Source: Candidatus Eiseniibacteriota bacterium (GTDB lineage: Bacteria > Eisenbacteria > RBG-16-71-46 > CAZAMP01). From it: DNA of 64,000 nt. Positions 11,357 through 21,205 of the stretch are shown in pieces (the stretch's first letter is position 1; every line of letters starts with the position of its first letter). The notes beneath the pieces were generated by a model. That model worked only from the letters and a program-made list of their open reading frames with translations, ran no database searches and had not been told where the DNA came from. The DNA lies in the NCBI GenBank assembly GCA_965224245.1, contig OZ245046.1, positions 5,856,001 to 5,920,000 of the forward strand, read 5' to 3'. The translations under genes and the position numbers were made by a program.

Positions 11357-13474
11357 ATGCGCCACCTCCTCTTCGCGCTCGCGCTCGCCGTCGTTCCCGT
11401 CGTGGCCTCGGCCGACTGTGTCGCCCTCGGGGACTACATCCATGCGGTCGGCGAGACCGAAGACCGATACGTCGCCCAGCAGATCGCGGTCGGCGCGACG
11501 ATCGCGCTGCTCGTGTCGGAGTCGGACGGGGAGGTCATCGCGCTTCGGACCACGGCATCCGATCCCAACGGCTACATCGAGGCCGAAGAGCTCGGCTACC
11601 CGGCGAGCGCCGCGACGTTCCTCGCTGCGCAACCCTCGTCCGAGCTCTTCGCGATCGCGGACGACGACGTCCTGATGCTCTCCGTCATAGATCCAACGGC
11701 GCTTCTCGTGGTCGACGTGTTCTGGATCCCACACACCCACGGCAGGTTCGAGCGGCTCGCCGCCACGCCGGGGCTCATTCATGCCATTGATCGCACCGAC
11801 GGATACGCCGTCTTCTCGCACGGAGCCGAAATGGGCAGCCTCACGCTACCGGCACGCCCGGTAGGCCTGGCGGCGGAGGGGACGACGGCCTACGTCACGC
11901 TGGAGACCGACGAGCTGGTCGTCATCGATTCGTCGGCCCTGGAGATCGTGGGGACGCTGGCGCTGGCGCGACGACACGCCAGCGTGGCCGCGTCCGGCGG
12001 CATCGTGTATCTGAGCGACACGTACGACGACGAAGTGGACGTGGTCGACGCCGGCGATCCGACGGCTCCCGTGCTTCTCGGCAGCTGGACGACGCCCGGC
12101 GATGGTGGTGAAGTCGGAACGTACGAGGGCTTCGTGTTCCACGCCGGCAGGATCTACGAGGTAGCAGATCCGGTCGAACCGGTCGTGGTCGCAGGGTACG
12201 AGTCCCACAACGTGCTCGGCGTCGGCAGCGGCGGCGCGGTATCGTCGCTGTACGGCAGCTCCGCGACCTGGTCGGTTCCGGTCATCGACGTCGATCCGGT
12301 CGCGCCCGTTCCGACGATCACGTCGCTGCCGATCACGGCGTCGCCGTCGGACATCTCCGGCGACGGCGAACGGCTCGTGATCAGCTACGAGGACTCGGGG
12401 ATCGAGATCTACGACATCTCGGACCCGGACGCGCCGGCGCTCAGGAGCTCGCTGGCAATGGCGGGCGCCCTCGGCGTCGACGTCGCCGGTGAGCACGCCT
12501 ACGTCGCCGATGCGCTCGGGCTCAGGGTCGTCGACGTCTCCGATCTGGACGCTCCCACCATGGTGGCGACCGTCCCGTTCATCGATCCTCCGGCACGCAT
12601 CCGCGTGTTCGGGTCGGTCGCGATGGTAGGACCGCTGGCCGGCGAGTACACGCTGATCGACGTGTCGACGCCGAGCGCCCCGGTCGTGGGGGGTCACGTG
12701 TCGTCGTTCGGGCTGGGCGACGTCGAGGGCGATCATCTGTTCGTCTCGGCGGGGATCACGTGCGAGATCTACGACATCAGCTCGCTCGGCTCGCCGCTGC
12801 TCGTGGGGTCCTTCCCGTCGACCAGCGCCGCGTGGGGCTTCACGTCGGTCGAGGTCGTCGGCGACCACTGCTATGGACGCGAGGTGTTCGAGTCGTTCTT
12901 CGAGGGACTGCCGGCCCGCATGCGCGTGTACGACGTCAGCGATCCGACCGACCCGGTGTTCGTGACCCGGCGCGACGACATCGTCGGCGAGCTGACGCCT
13001 GACGCGTACCCGTACGTGTACGCCGGCGCGATCGCGTACGACTTCACGGATCCCACGGGACCGGTCGCGGTCGGCGGCGTCGGCTACGCGCACGAGTGGG
13101 TCGGACCCGAGCGGATCTACCGGGCGGTGTCGACGCTGAACGTGCATCCGAAGCAGTGCGGTGCGGTCGGTGTCGGGGAGTCCGTCGCCCCGGGGGCGAA
13201 CGTGTCGCTGGCCGCACGTCCCGATCCCATGCGATCGGGCACGACGTTCACGTTCGACGCAGGGGGATCCGGCCGTGCGGAGGTCTCGATCTTCGACGTC
13301 GCCGGACGGGTCGTGCGAACGCTCGAGTCGAGCGGTGGTCGCTCGGGACGGCGCTCGGTCGCGTGGGACGGTCGCGACGACCGGGGCGCGCCGGCCCCTC
13401 CGGGCGTGTACGTGGCGAGACTGGTCGTGGACGGCCGGGCGCGGGCCACCCGCAAGGTCACCATCGCCAGGTAA
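11357..13474 (+). CDS. Secreted LVIVD-repeat beta-propeller protein with C-terminal FlgD-Ig/T9SS-like domain
   Basis: GGAGG RBS; signal peptide; repeats such as AYVADALGLRVVDVSD and IYDISDP; CTD with IFDVAGRVVR, WDGRDDRG, GVYVARL, RKVTIAR. Confidence 0.85.
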   Translation: MRHLLFALALAVVPVVASADCVALGDYIHAVGETEDRYVAQQIAVGATIALLVSESDGEVIALRTTASDPNGYIEAEELGYPASAATFLAAQPSSELFAIADDDVLMLSVIDPTALLVVDVFWIPHTHGRFERLAATPGLIHAIDRTDGYAVFSHGAEMGSLTLPARPVGLAAEGTTAYVTLETDELVVIDSSALEIVGTLALARRHASVAASGGIVYLSDTYDDEVDVVDAGDPTAPVLLGSWTTPGDGGEVGTYEGFVFHAGRIYEVADPVEPVVVAGYESHNVLGVGSGGAVSSLYGSSATWSVPVIDVDPVAPVPTITSLPITASPSDISGDGERLVISYEDSGIEIYDISDPDAPALRSSLAMAGALGVDVAGEHAYVADALGLRVVDVSDLDAPTMVATVPFIDPPARIRVFGSVAMVGPLAGEYTLIDVSTPSAPVVGGHVSSFGLGDVEGDHLFVSAGITCEIYDISSLGSPLLVGSFPSTSAAWGFTSVEVVGDHCYGREVFESFFEGLPARMRVYDVSDPTDPVFVTRRDDIVGELTPDAYPYVYAGAIAYDFTDPTGPVAVGGVGYAHEWVGPERIYRAVSTLNVHPKQCGAVGVGESVAPGANVSLAARPDPMRSGTTFTFDAGGSGRAEVSIFDVAGRVVRTLESSGGRSGRRSVAWDGRDDRGAPAPPGVYVARLVVDGRARATRKVTIAR

Positions 13475-13536
13475 GTCGTTGGCGCGGCTCGCGGATGCGC
13501 CGACCCGGCTCCTCCAACTCGTTTTCTGCAAATGAC

Positions 13537-13565
13537 TTGACAGTCGCGGCGCCTCCGTCGACAAT
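13537..13565 (+). promoter_or_regulatory. Putative sigma70 promoter TTGACA-N17-GACAAT
   Basis: Perfect -35, 17-nt spacer, 4/6 -10 match, about 60 nt upstream of the operon starting at 13626. Confidence 0.6.
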
Positions 13566-13625
13566 CCCCGACGTGGGAACCCAGGGTCCTCGCGCGCCCT
13601 GGACGGGATGACGCCGGGGGGGATG

Positions 13626-13826
13626 ATGGAACAGCGCAACACTCAGTTTCCAAACTGCCAGAAGTGTGACAAGGGCGTGCTCGTCCCGCTCTCCGACTAT
13701 GGACGTGACGGGGCCCCCATTCAGTACAAGGCGTGGGTCTGCACGAACCCCGATTGCGGGTTCAATCTCCGGATCGACAATGGAGAGATCAGCGCCGGCC
13801 GCCCGGTGGGCGTCTCCTTCAAGTAG
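13626..13826 (+). CDS. Small zinc-ribbon protein of unknown function (66 aa)
   Basis: CQKC...WVCTNPDC; G-rich RBS; first gene of a tightly packed operon; alternative ATG at 13623. Confidence 0.75.
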   Translation: MEQRNTQFPNCQKCDKGVLVPLSDYGRDGAPIQYKAWVCTNPDCGFNLRIDNGEISAGRPVGVSFK

Positions 13827-13832
13827 TCGCGT

Positions 13833-14537
13833 ATGATCCGCGGCATCATCTTCGATCTCGACAACACGCTCACCGACTTCATGCGCATGAAGCGCGATGC
13901 GATCGCGGCGGGCGTCGAGGCCATGATCGACGCCGGGCTACCCCTGTCCGACGACGACGCGCAGGAGCGCATCTTCCGCATCTACGATCGCGAGGGCATC
14001 GAGTACCAGCAGGTCTTCGATGCGCTCCTTCGCGACGTGAGCGGCCGGGTCGACCAGCGCGTGCTGGCGGCCGGCATCGTCGGCTATCGCCGCGCACGAG
14101 ACTCCCGGCTCGTCCTCTACCCGCACGTCAAGCCGACGATACTGACCCTGATGCGCCGGGGCATCCAGCTCGCGCTCGTCTCCGACGCACCCGGCATCCA
14201 GGCGTGGCTCCGGCTGTGTCAGCTCGAGCTCCAGCACGCGTTCGATCCGGTGGTGACGTTCGACGACACCGGCGTCCACAAGCCCGATCCCAAGCCGTTT
14301 CGCATCGCGCTCGACCGCATGGGGCTCGGCGCCGACGACGTGCTGATGATCGGCGACTGGCCCGAGCGCGACATGGTCGGCGCCAAGAGGCTCGGCATCC
14401 GCACCGTGCACGCGCGCTACGGCGACACGTTCGGCACCGTCGACAGCGGCGCCGACTTCGCCGTCGATTCGGTCCGGGAGCTCCTGGCGATCGTGGACCG
14501 GCTGAACGCGAACGAACCCGAGGATCGGTCACGATGA
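13833..14537 (+). CDS. HAD-superfamily hydrolase (subfamily IA)
   Basis: FDLDNTL motif I, KPDP motif III, MIGDWPERD motif IV. Confidence 0.92.
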   Translation: MIRGIIFDLDNTLTDFMRMKRDAIAAGVEAMIDAGLPLSDDDAQERIFRIYDREGIEYQQVFDALLRDVSGRVDQRVLAAGIVGYRRARDSRLVLYPHVKPTILTLMRRGIQLALVSDAPGIQAWLRLCQLELQHAFDPVVTFDDTGVHKPDPKPFRIALDRMGLGADDVLMIGDWPERDMVGAKRLGIRTVHARYGDTFGTVDSGADFAVDSVRELLAIVDRLNANEPEDRSR

Positions 14538-16123
14538 AGCTCGCGACGCCGAGCCAGGTGCGTGAGGCCGATCGCCTGACGATCGAGCGGGGCCTGGTCC
14601 CCAGCCTGCAGCTGATGGAGAACGCCGGGCAGGCGGCGGCCCGCGTGGCCCGCCGGCTCCTCGACGACGTGGCGTCCTCGAAGACCGTCATCGTGTTCGC
14701 CGGGAAGGGCAACAACGGCGGCGATGCGTTCGTGGTCGCGCGCCTCCTCTGCGAGTGGGGCGCGCGCGTTCGCGTCTTTCTGACCTGCGATCCCGGAGGT
14801 GTTCGCGGCGATGCGCGGGTGAACCTGGATCGCTGGCTCGCGACCGGCAACGACGTCGTGACCCTGGCTCACGAGCGGGCGGCGGACGAGCTGGATCGCG
14901 TCACGGCCGGAGCCGACCTGCTGGTGGACGGGCTCTTCGGGACGGGCTTCCGCGGTGACGTGACCGGGGTCGAGGCGCGCGTCATCGCGTGCATCGACGA
15001 TTCGGGGGCGGACGTGCTGGCGCTGGACATCCCGTCCGGCGTCGATGGCACGACCGGCGCCGTCGGCAACCTCGCGGTCCGCGCCACGACCACCGTCACG
15101 TTCGCGCTGATCAAGACCGGTCTCGTGCTCGAGCCCGGCCGCTCGCACGCGGGCGACGTGGACGTCGTCGACATCGGAATCCCCGAGTCGGTGCTCGACG
15201 AGATCGGGATCGAGGCCGAGCTGACGGACGCAGCGTCGATGCGGGCGCTGTTGCCCCGGCGCACGCCCGACGCCCACAAGGGAGATGCCGGGCGAGTCCA
15301 CGTGGTCGGTGGATCCCGCGGCATGGCGGGAGCGGTGGTGCTGTCGGCCCGCGCCGCGCTCCGGTCAGGCGCCGGGCTCGTGACCGCCGTCGTGCCCGGG
15401 GGTCTTCACGACGTGCTCCAGACCAGCGTCACCGAGGCGATCGCGTTCCCGGTCGCCGAGACCGAGACCGGCGCCCACACACACCACTCGCTGTCGGCGA
15501 TTCGCGAGCGCCTCGCGGATGCGGACGTCGTCGCGATCGGGCCGGGGATGGGGCGACATCCCGAGTCCCTGGTGGCCGTGCGTCACCTCGTGCGCGAGCT
15601 CGAGATGCCGGTGATCCTGGACGCCGACGGGCTCTTCGCGTTCGCCGAGCGTCTGGAGACGCTGGCCGACGCGACCGGTCCCCGGGTGGTGACGCCGCAT
15701 CCCGGCGAGGCCGCGCGCCTCCTGGGCACGACCGTCGCCGAGGTGCGGGCCGACGTGTTCGCCGCCGCCCGGCGTCTCCAGGAGACGAGCGGCGCCACCG
15801 TGGTGCTGAAGGGCGGTCCCACGCTGGTGCAATCCCGCTCGGGGCGAACCACCGTCAACGCCACCGGCAACGCGGGCATGGCGACCGGCGGCAGCGGAGA
15901 CGTCCTCACCGGCGTCATCGCCGCGCTGATCGGTCAGGGCATGGATCCCGACGACGCGGCCCGGCTCGGCGTCCACGTGCACGGGCTGGCCGGGGACCTC
16001 GGCGCCGGACGGCTCACCGAGTGGGGCCTCGTGGCCGGCGATCTGGTGGATCTCCTCCCCGAGGCGTTCTACGTGCTCGACCGCGGGGAGAGCGATCCCG
16101 AGCCGGCCGGACGGTCGTCGTGA
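14534..16123 (+). CDS. nnr: Bifunctional NAD(P)HX epimerase/dehydratase
   Basis: LMENAG, GKGNNGGD, DGLFGTG, DIPSG, HKGDAG, GPGMG, TPHPGEA, ATGGSGDVLTG; ATGA overlap with HAD gene. Confidence 0.95.
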   Translation: MKLATPSQVREADRLTIERGLVPSLQLMENAGQAAARVARRLLDDVASSKTVIVFAGKGNNGGDAFVVARLLCEWGARVRVFLTCDPGGVRGDARVNLDRWLATGNDVVTLAHERAADELDRVTAGADLLVDGLFGTGFRGDVTGVEARVIACIDDSGADVLALDIPSGVDGTTGAVGNLAVRATTTVTFALIKTGLVLEPGRSHAGDVDVVDIGIPESVLDEIGIEAELTDAASMRALLPRRTPDAHKGDAGRVHVVGGSRGMAGAVVLSARAALRSGAGLVTAVVPGGLHDVLQTSVTEAIAFPVAETETGAHTHHSLSAIRERLADADVVAIGPGMGRHPESLVAVRHLVRELEMPVILDADGLFAFAERLETLADATGPRVVTPHPGEAARLLGTTVAEVRADVFAAARRLQETSGATVVLKGGPTLVQSRSGRTTVNATGNAGMATGGSGDVLTGVIAALIGQGMDPDDAARLGVHVHGLAGDLGAGRLTEWGLVAGDLVDLLPEAFYVLDRGESDPEPAGRSS

Positions 16124-17034
16124 CCGAGTCCGCGGCCCGCGCCGCGATGATCGAGGTGGGTCGCCGGATGTGGCTCAAGGGCTACGCCGCGGCCAACGAC
16201 GGCAACCTCTCGGTCCGGCTCGGTCCCGATCGCTTCATGGCCACCGCGACCGGCTCGATCAAGGGGTTCCTGACCGACGCCGATCTGGTCGTGATCGATC
16301 ACGGCGGACGCACGCTGGATCGGTCCGCGGGATCGGTCCCCGGCACCGCGGTCGCCGCGGCGAGTCCGCCCGGCGCGGGCACCGCGCGCGCGTCGTCGGA
16401 GATCCGGATGCACCTGGCCATCTACGAGGAGCGGCCGGACGTGCTGGCGATCGCACACGCGCACCCGCCGACGGCCACCGGCTTCGCGACCGCCGGCGTT
16501 TCTCTGGACGCGTGCGTGCTCCCGGAGATCGTGGCCACGCTGGGTGCGATCCCCACCGCTCCGTACGCGACGCCGTCGACCCGCGAGCTGGCCGATGCGG
16601 TGCGGCCGGTCGTTCGCGAGGGGCACGCCTGTCTCCTGGCCAACCACGGCGCGGTCGCGTACGACACCGATCTCTTTCGCGCCTACTATCATCTCGAGCG
16701 CCTCGAGCACTTCGCCTCCATCGTGCTCACCGCGCGGCTCCTGGGCGGCGTGAACGTGCTGGGCGCCGGTGACGTCGCGGCGCTGCACGCGGCCGTTGGC
16801 GGGTCGCCGGGGCCCGCCTGCGTGCCCGGCCCGGAGTCGCGGAGAGGCGACGGAACCGACGCGCCCGGGCCCGACACGCGCGAGAGCGCCGGAACGGACG
16901 CCGCCCCGACCCCCGCGCACTGCGCGTCCGACGCGCGCGACCCCGACGGGAGCGACCCGTCGCGGGGCTCCGATGCCGATCTCATCGAGGTGATCGCCCG
17001 CGAGGTGCGACGCCGACTCGAACGAGGACGTTGA
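16120..17034 (+). CDS. Class II aldolase/adducin-family protein (fuculose/rhamnulose-phosphate aldolase-like) with C-terminal linker and amphipathic helix
   Basis: NDGNLS, SSEIRMH, HAHPP, LLANHG; GTGA overlap with nnr stop. Confidence 0.9.
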   Translation: MTESAARAAMIEVGRRMWLKGYAAANDGNLSVRLGPDRFMATATGSIKGFLTDADLVVIDHGGRTLDRSAGSVPGTAVAAASPPGAGTARASSEIRMHLAIYEERPDVLAIAHAHPPTATGFATAGVSLDACVLPEIVATLGAIPTAPYATPSTRELADAVRPVVREGHACLLANHGAVAYDTDLFRAYYHLERLEHFASIVLTARLLGGVNVLGAGDVAALHAAVGGSPGPACVPGPESRRGDGTDAPGPDTRESAGTDAAPTPAHCASDARDPDGSDPSRGSDADLIEVIAREVRRRLERGR

Positions 17035-17038
17035 CCCC

Positions 17039-17809
17039 ATGGATCTCGGACTGGACGGAAAGATCGCCTTCGTCGGTGGCGCGAGCCGGGGGCTGGGCAA
17101 GGCCATCGCCCTCTCGCTGGCCCGCGAGGGTGCCCACGTGGCCATCACGGCCCGGGGCACGGATGCGCTCGAGGCGGCGGCCCGGGAGATCCGCGGCGCG
17201 GGCGGCACCGCGCTCCCCATCGCCGTGGACCTGACCGACACCGCCGCCGCGGCGGCCGCGGTCGAACGAACCGTGACCGAGCTCGGGCCGATCGACGTGC
17301 TCGTGGTCAACGTGGGGGGCTCGATGGGCGAGCGCACGTCGGCCGCCTCCGACGAGGACTGGGACGCGGTGATGGGGCTGAACGTCCGTGTGGCGGTGCG
17401 GCTCTGCCGTCAGATCTCGCCGAGCATGGTCGAGCGACGGTCGGGGAGCATCCTGACGATCTCGTCCATCTACGGTCGCGAGTGGGGTGGTGCGGTGACC
17501 TACAACGCGGCCAAGGCGGCGCTGATCGCGTTCACGAAGTCGCTCTCGCGCGAGCTGATCCCGCACGGCGTACGCGTGAACTCGCTGGCGCCGGGCTCGG
17601 TCCTGTTCGAGGGCGGGTCGTGGGACCGCAAGCGAAAAGCCGATCCCGAGAAGATCCGCCGCTTCGTGGAGGACGAGCTCCCCCGGGGCACGTTCGGCGA
17701 GGCGCACGAGATCGGTGACGTGGCGGCGTTCCTGTGCTCCGAGCGCGCGTCGCTGATCGTGGGCGCGTGTCTCAACGTGGACGGCGGACAGTCGCGCGCG
17801 CTCTTCTGA
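17039..17809 (+). CDS. Short-chain dehydrogenase/reductase (FabG-like)
   Basis: GASRGLG, YNAAK catalytic YxxxK, NVDGG. Confidence 0.93.
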   Translation: MDLGLDGKIAFVGGASRGLGKAIALSLAREGAHVAITARGTDALEAAAREIRGAGGTALPIAVDLTDTAAAAAAVERTVTELGPIDVLVVNVGGSMGERTSAASDEDWDAVMGLNVRVAVRLCRQISPSMVERRSGSILTISSIYGREWGGAVTYNAAKAALIAFTKSLSRELIPHGVRVNSLAPGSVLFEGGSWDRKRKADPEKIRRFVEDELPRGTFGEAHEIGDVAAFLCSERASLIVGACLNVDGGQSRALF

Positions 17810-17827
17810 TCGGCACCGCGGACCTGC

Positions 17828-18703
17828 TCAGCACCGCTCCCGGATGAACCCGACGACCGCGTCCCGGAACGCATCCGGGGCCTCGAGGAATGGGAAGTGC
17901 CCGCACGCGTCGATCACCGACAGCGTGGCTCCCGGGATGCCGTTCGCGAGCGTCTCGGCCGTTGCGACGGGGAAGATGCTCTCGCGTCCGTGCACGACGA
18001 GCGTCGGGCAGTCGACCTCGCCGAGGCGGCCGGTCAGGTCCCAGTCGCCCAGATCCTCGCGGATGCGCGGGCCGGTCACGCCGAGCGCGCGCACGGTGCG
18101 ATCGTCGATCTCGATGCCCACGTCGGGTGTTCTCGCGCGATCGAAGACGTACGTGCCGAGGTGAATGTCGAGATACCGCGCCAGGCGCTCGGGGTCGGCG
18201 TGCCACCCCGGCGCCTCGGTGAGCGCGGCCATCTCGGCACGCTCGTCCTCCGCGAGTCGCTCGCGCACGCGGGTCTCGTGGAGTCGCCACTCGCGGCGCG
18301 AGGCCGGATCGGAGTCGACGAGCACGAGTCCGGCCAGGGCGCCCGGACGCGCGAGCGCGACGTGGAGCGCGAGCAAACCGCCGAACGAGTGTCCGAGCAC
18401 GATCGGGCGCGTGATCCCGAGCGTGGACGTGAGCGCGCAGTGGTCGGCGACCAGTGACGCCATCGTGAGCGTGTCGGGCACCTCGACGCCCGAGGATCGG
18501 CCGCTTCCGCGCTGATCCACGAACACCAGCCGCGTGCGGTCGCCCAGCGCGCGGGCCAGGGGATCGTGGAGATACCGGCTGGAGATGCCGGGTCCGCCGT
18601 GACAGACGAGCACCGTCGGGCCCTGGCCCAGGATCTCGACCCAGAGTCGCGCGCTGCCGACGTCCACGAAGCTCCGGGACTCGTATGTGGAGGGTGCGCT
18701 CAC
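17828..18703 (-). CDS. Alpha/beta hydrolase (proline iminopeptidase-like)
   Basis: HGGPG, DQRGSGRS, GHSFGG nucleophile elbow, CGHFP. Confidence 0.9.
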   Translation of the reverse strand: MSAPSTYESRSFVDVGSARLWVEILGQGPTVLVCHGGPGISSRYLHDPLARALGDRTRLVFVDQRGSGRSSGVEVPDTLTMASLVADHCALTSTLGITRPIVLGHSFGGLLALHVALARPGALAGLVLVDSDPASRREWRLHETRVRERLAEDERAEMAALTEAPGWHADPERLARYLDIHLGTYVFDRARTPDVGIEIDDRTVRALGVTGPRIREDLGDWDLTGRLGEVDCPTLVVHGRESIFPVATAETLANGIPGATLSVIDACGHFPFLEAPDAFRDAVVGFIRERC

Positions 18704-18716
18704 GGGCCCGGCGCGG

Positions 18717-19139
18717 CTACGTCGGGTCGCGATCGAGATCGATCGAGACCGAGTTGATGCAGTAGCGCTTGCCGGTGGGTGCGGGGCCGTCGTCGAACAC
18801 GTGCCCCAGGTGGGCGTCGCAGGCCGCGCACCGGACCTCGGTACGGATCATGCCGTGGCTGCGGTCCTCGAGGAATCGGATGCTCCCCTCGTCGGCGGCC
18901 CGGTAGAAGCTGGGCCAGCCGCACCCGGCGTCGAACTTGGTGTCGGACGTGAACAGCGCGGCGCCGCAGCAGATGCAGCGGTAGGTGCCGTCGTCGGTGC
19001 AGTCGACGTACTCACCGCTGAAGGGACGCTCGGTGCCTCCTTCGCGCGTGACGCGGTACTGCTCGGGGGTGAGCGTCGAGCGCCAGTCGGTGTCGGCGCC
19101 GGGGGTCGGGCTGGGATCGTTCGCCATCGGGCTCTCCAT
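18717..19139 (-). CDS. msrB: Peptide-methionine (R)-S-oxide reductase
   Basis: [28 protein letters not shown]. Confidence 0.97.
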   Translation of the reverse strand: MESPMANDPSPTPGADTDWRSTLTPEQYRVTREGGTERPFSGEYVDCTDDGTYRCICCGAALFTSDTKFDAGCGWPSFYRAADEGSIRFLEDRSHGMIRTEVRCAACDAHLGHVFDDGPAPTGKRYCINSVSIDLDRDPT

Positions 19140-19154
19140 TCGTCGGGTTCTCCG

Positions 19155-20165
19155 TCACGCGGGTCGCCGGGACGCCTCGGGCATCGTGTGGGTCGAGGCG
19201 GAACCGATCGCACCGGCCGACACCGCGATCGCGCCGAACTCGACGCCGGCCGGGAACGCGTCGGCCGCGCGCCGGCACGCCTCGCCGGGCGGGACGCCGC
19301 GCGCGACGTCATCATAGATGCGGACGGCGCTCAATCGGACCATGATCTCCTCGCCCTCGCCGGTCACCGTGACCGCGCCGGCCGGTCCGGCGTAGAGGCC
19401 GCACCCGACGAGGGGCGAGTCGCCGACCCGGCCGTACAGCATCAACGCCGTCCCGCCGGTGGACGTGGCGGTGGCGAACCGTCCGTGCCGGTCGCGCGCA
19501 ACGGCCCCGACGGTGTCGCAGGGACCGTCGCCGGCTCCCCCGGAAGCGCGGTGATCCCCGGTCCCGCCCGTGGCGCCGCGATCGCGGAACTCACCGCCGC
19601 CGCGGGCGAGCGCGTCGAAGTCGGGCATCGGCGTGGGGTAGTTCCAGATGGCACGGAGATCGACCCCGCGCCAGGCCGCGTACTCGGTGTGGAGGCGTCC
19701 GGCGGCCGCGAGCGCGGCCATCCGGCGGAGCTTCGCCCGCGAGGCGTCGCTGGTGGTGACCGGGCCGGCGAGGCCGTGACGCTCGGCGAAGCGCCGCGCC
19801 CCCTCGCCCGCCAGAAAGCGAGCCGGACCCTCCGCGAGCTTCTCGGCCACCCGCACCGGGTTCGGCACACCCTGCACGACGGCCACCGCGCCGTAGCGTC
19901 CCCCCGAGTCCATGACCGCCGCGTCCAGCTCCAGCGTCACGCCGTCCAGGCCGAGCTGCGAGCCGTGCCCGGCGTTGAAGCGAGGATCGTCCTCGAGGGC
20001 CGCCACGGCGGCCACGACCGCCGACAGCGCCGATTCTCCCGCGGCGAGTCCGGCCGCGGCGATCTCCGCCGCGCGCTCGCATTCGCCAGCGAGGTCGGGC
20101 GACGCGCCGACGCCGCCGTGGACGAGGACGATGGGATCGGCGTGAGCGGTGCGCGGCGTCGGCAA
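19155..20165 (-). CDS. Isoaspartyl peptidase / plant-type L-asparaginase (Ntn hydrolase); start uncertain (TTG 20165 or ATG 20240)
   Basis: VHGG, LEDDPRFNAG, ELDAAVMD, DTVGAVA, TSTGG, GRVGDSPL, TGEGE. Confidence 0.88.
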   Translation of the reverse strand: MPTPRTAHADPIVLVHGGVGASPDLAGECERAAEIAAAGLAAGESALSAVVAAVAALEDDPRFNAGHGSQLGLDGVTLELDAAVMDSGGRYGAVAVVQGVPNPVRVAEKLAEGPARFLAGEGARRFAERHGLAGPVTTSDASRAKLRRMAALAAAGRLHTEYAAWRGVDLRAIWNYPTPMPDFDALARGGGEFRDRGATGGTGDHRASGGAGDGPCDTVGAVARDRHGRFATATSTGGTALMLYGRVGDSPLVGCGLYAGPAGAVTVTGEGEEIMVRLSAVRIYDDVARGVPPGEACRRAADAFPAGVEFGAIAVSAGAIGSASTHTMPEASRRPA

Positions 20166-20289
20166 GGCGGCCCTCGCTCGGTGAGCGTTGCAATCGACGA
20201 ATCGATGCGGCAGGGTCTTTCGGAGAGTCCCACCATCCATCGGGTGGACGAGAGGGGACAGTACCACGGTGCCGGAAGCCGGAGGCGAC

Positions 20290-21132
20290 ATGCATCTCGA
20301 TCTGGGTGACACGCGCGTGGACGTCGTCTCGGACGGAACGTTCCGGCTCGACGGCGGCGCGATGTTCGGTGTGGTACCGAAGCCGCTGTGGAATCGCGTC
20401 AGTCCCGCCGACGAACGCAACCGGATCCGCCTCGCGCTGAACTGTCTCCTGATCCGGAACGGCGCCGATACGATCCTCGTGGACACCGGCATGGGAGCGC
20501 GCTGGAGCGACAAGGAACGCTCGATCTACGCGCTCGAGAACGCACCGGGGCTGATCGAGGCTCTGGCCGGCTTCGGGGTGGCCCCCGGCGACGTGACGAT
20601 GGTGATCAACACGCATCTGCACTTCGACCACGCCGGCGGCAACACGATCGACGTGGACGGCGTCCCGACCCCGACCTATCCGAACGCGCGCTACGTCGTC
20701 CAGGAAGGGGAGTTTCGCTGGGCGATGTCGCCGACGCCGCGCGATCGGGCGTCCTACCTCCGCCCGTGCTTCGAGCCCGTCCACGAGGCGGGCCTCTTCG
20801 ATCTCGTCGACGGCAACGTACCGGTGTCCGAGGGTGTCTTCGTGCGGCGGCTGCCCGGGCACACCCCGAACCTGCAAGGGGTGCTCGTCGAGGGCGGCGG
20901 GAGGACGGTCTTCTTCCCGTCGGATCTGTGCCCGACGAGGAACCACCTGCCGTTCCCATGGGTGATGGGCTACGACCTGATGCCCCTGGTCACGCTGGAG
21001 AGCAAGACGCACGCGCTGACCGAGGCGGCCGAGAAGGACTGGATCGTCGTGTTCCAGCACGAGCCGGACACGCCGGTGGGACGGGTGCGGCTCGAGGACG
21101 GGAAGCCGGTGTTCGAGCCGGTCGAGACGTGA
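20290..21132 (+). CDS. MBL-fold metallo-hydrolase (YtnP-like)
   Basis: LDGGAMFGVVPK, THLHFDHAGG, GHTP, MGYD; GGAGG RBS. Confidence 0.92.
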   Translation: MHLDLGDTRVDVVSDGTFRLDGGAMFGVVPKPLWNRVSPADERNRIRLALNCLLIRNGADTILVDTGMGARWSDKERSIYALENAPGLIEALAGFGVAPGDVTMVINTHLHFDHAGGNTIDVDGVPTPTYPNARYVVQEGEFRWAMSPTPRDRASYLRPCFEPVHEAGLFDLVDGNVPVSEGVFVRRLPGHTPNLQGVLVEGGGRTVFFPSDLCPTRNHLPFPWVMGYDLMPLVTLESKTHALTEAAEKDWIVVFQHEPDTPVGRVRLEDGKPVFEPVET

Positions 21133-21205
21133 TGCGGTATCTCGTCGAATCGACGCGTCGGCCCCATCGTGTCCGTGGGCGCGCGGGCTGCCGAGCCGCG
21201 CGCGG

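Noticed and set aside
18717-19139. Selenocysteine-containing MsrB
   Set aside because: Catalytic position is an ordinary Cys (RYCINS) with no in-frame TGA
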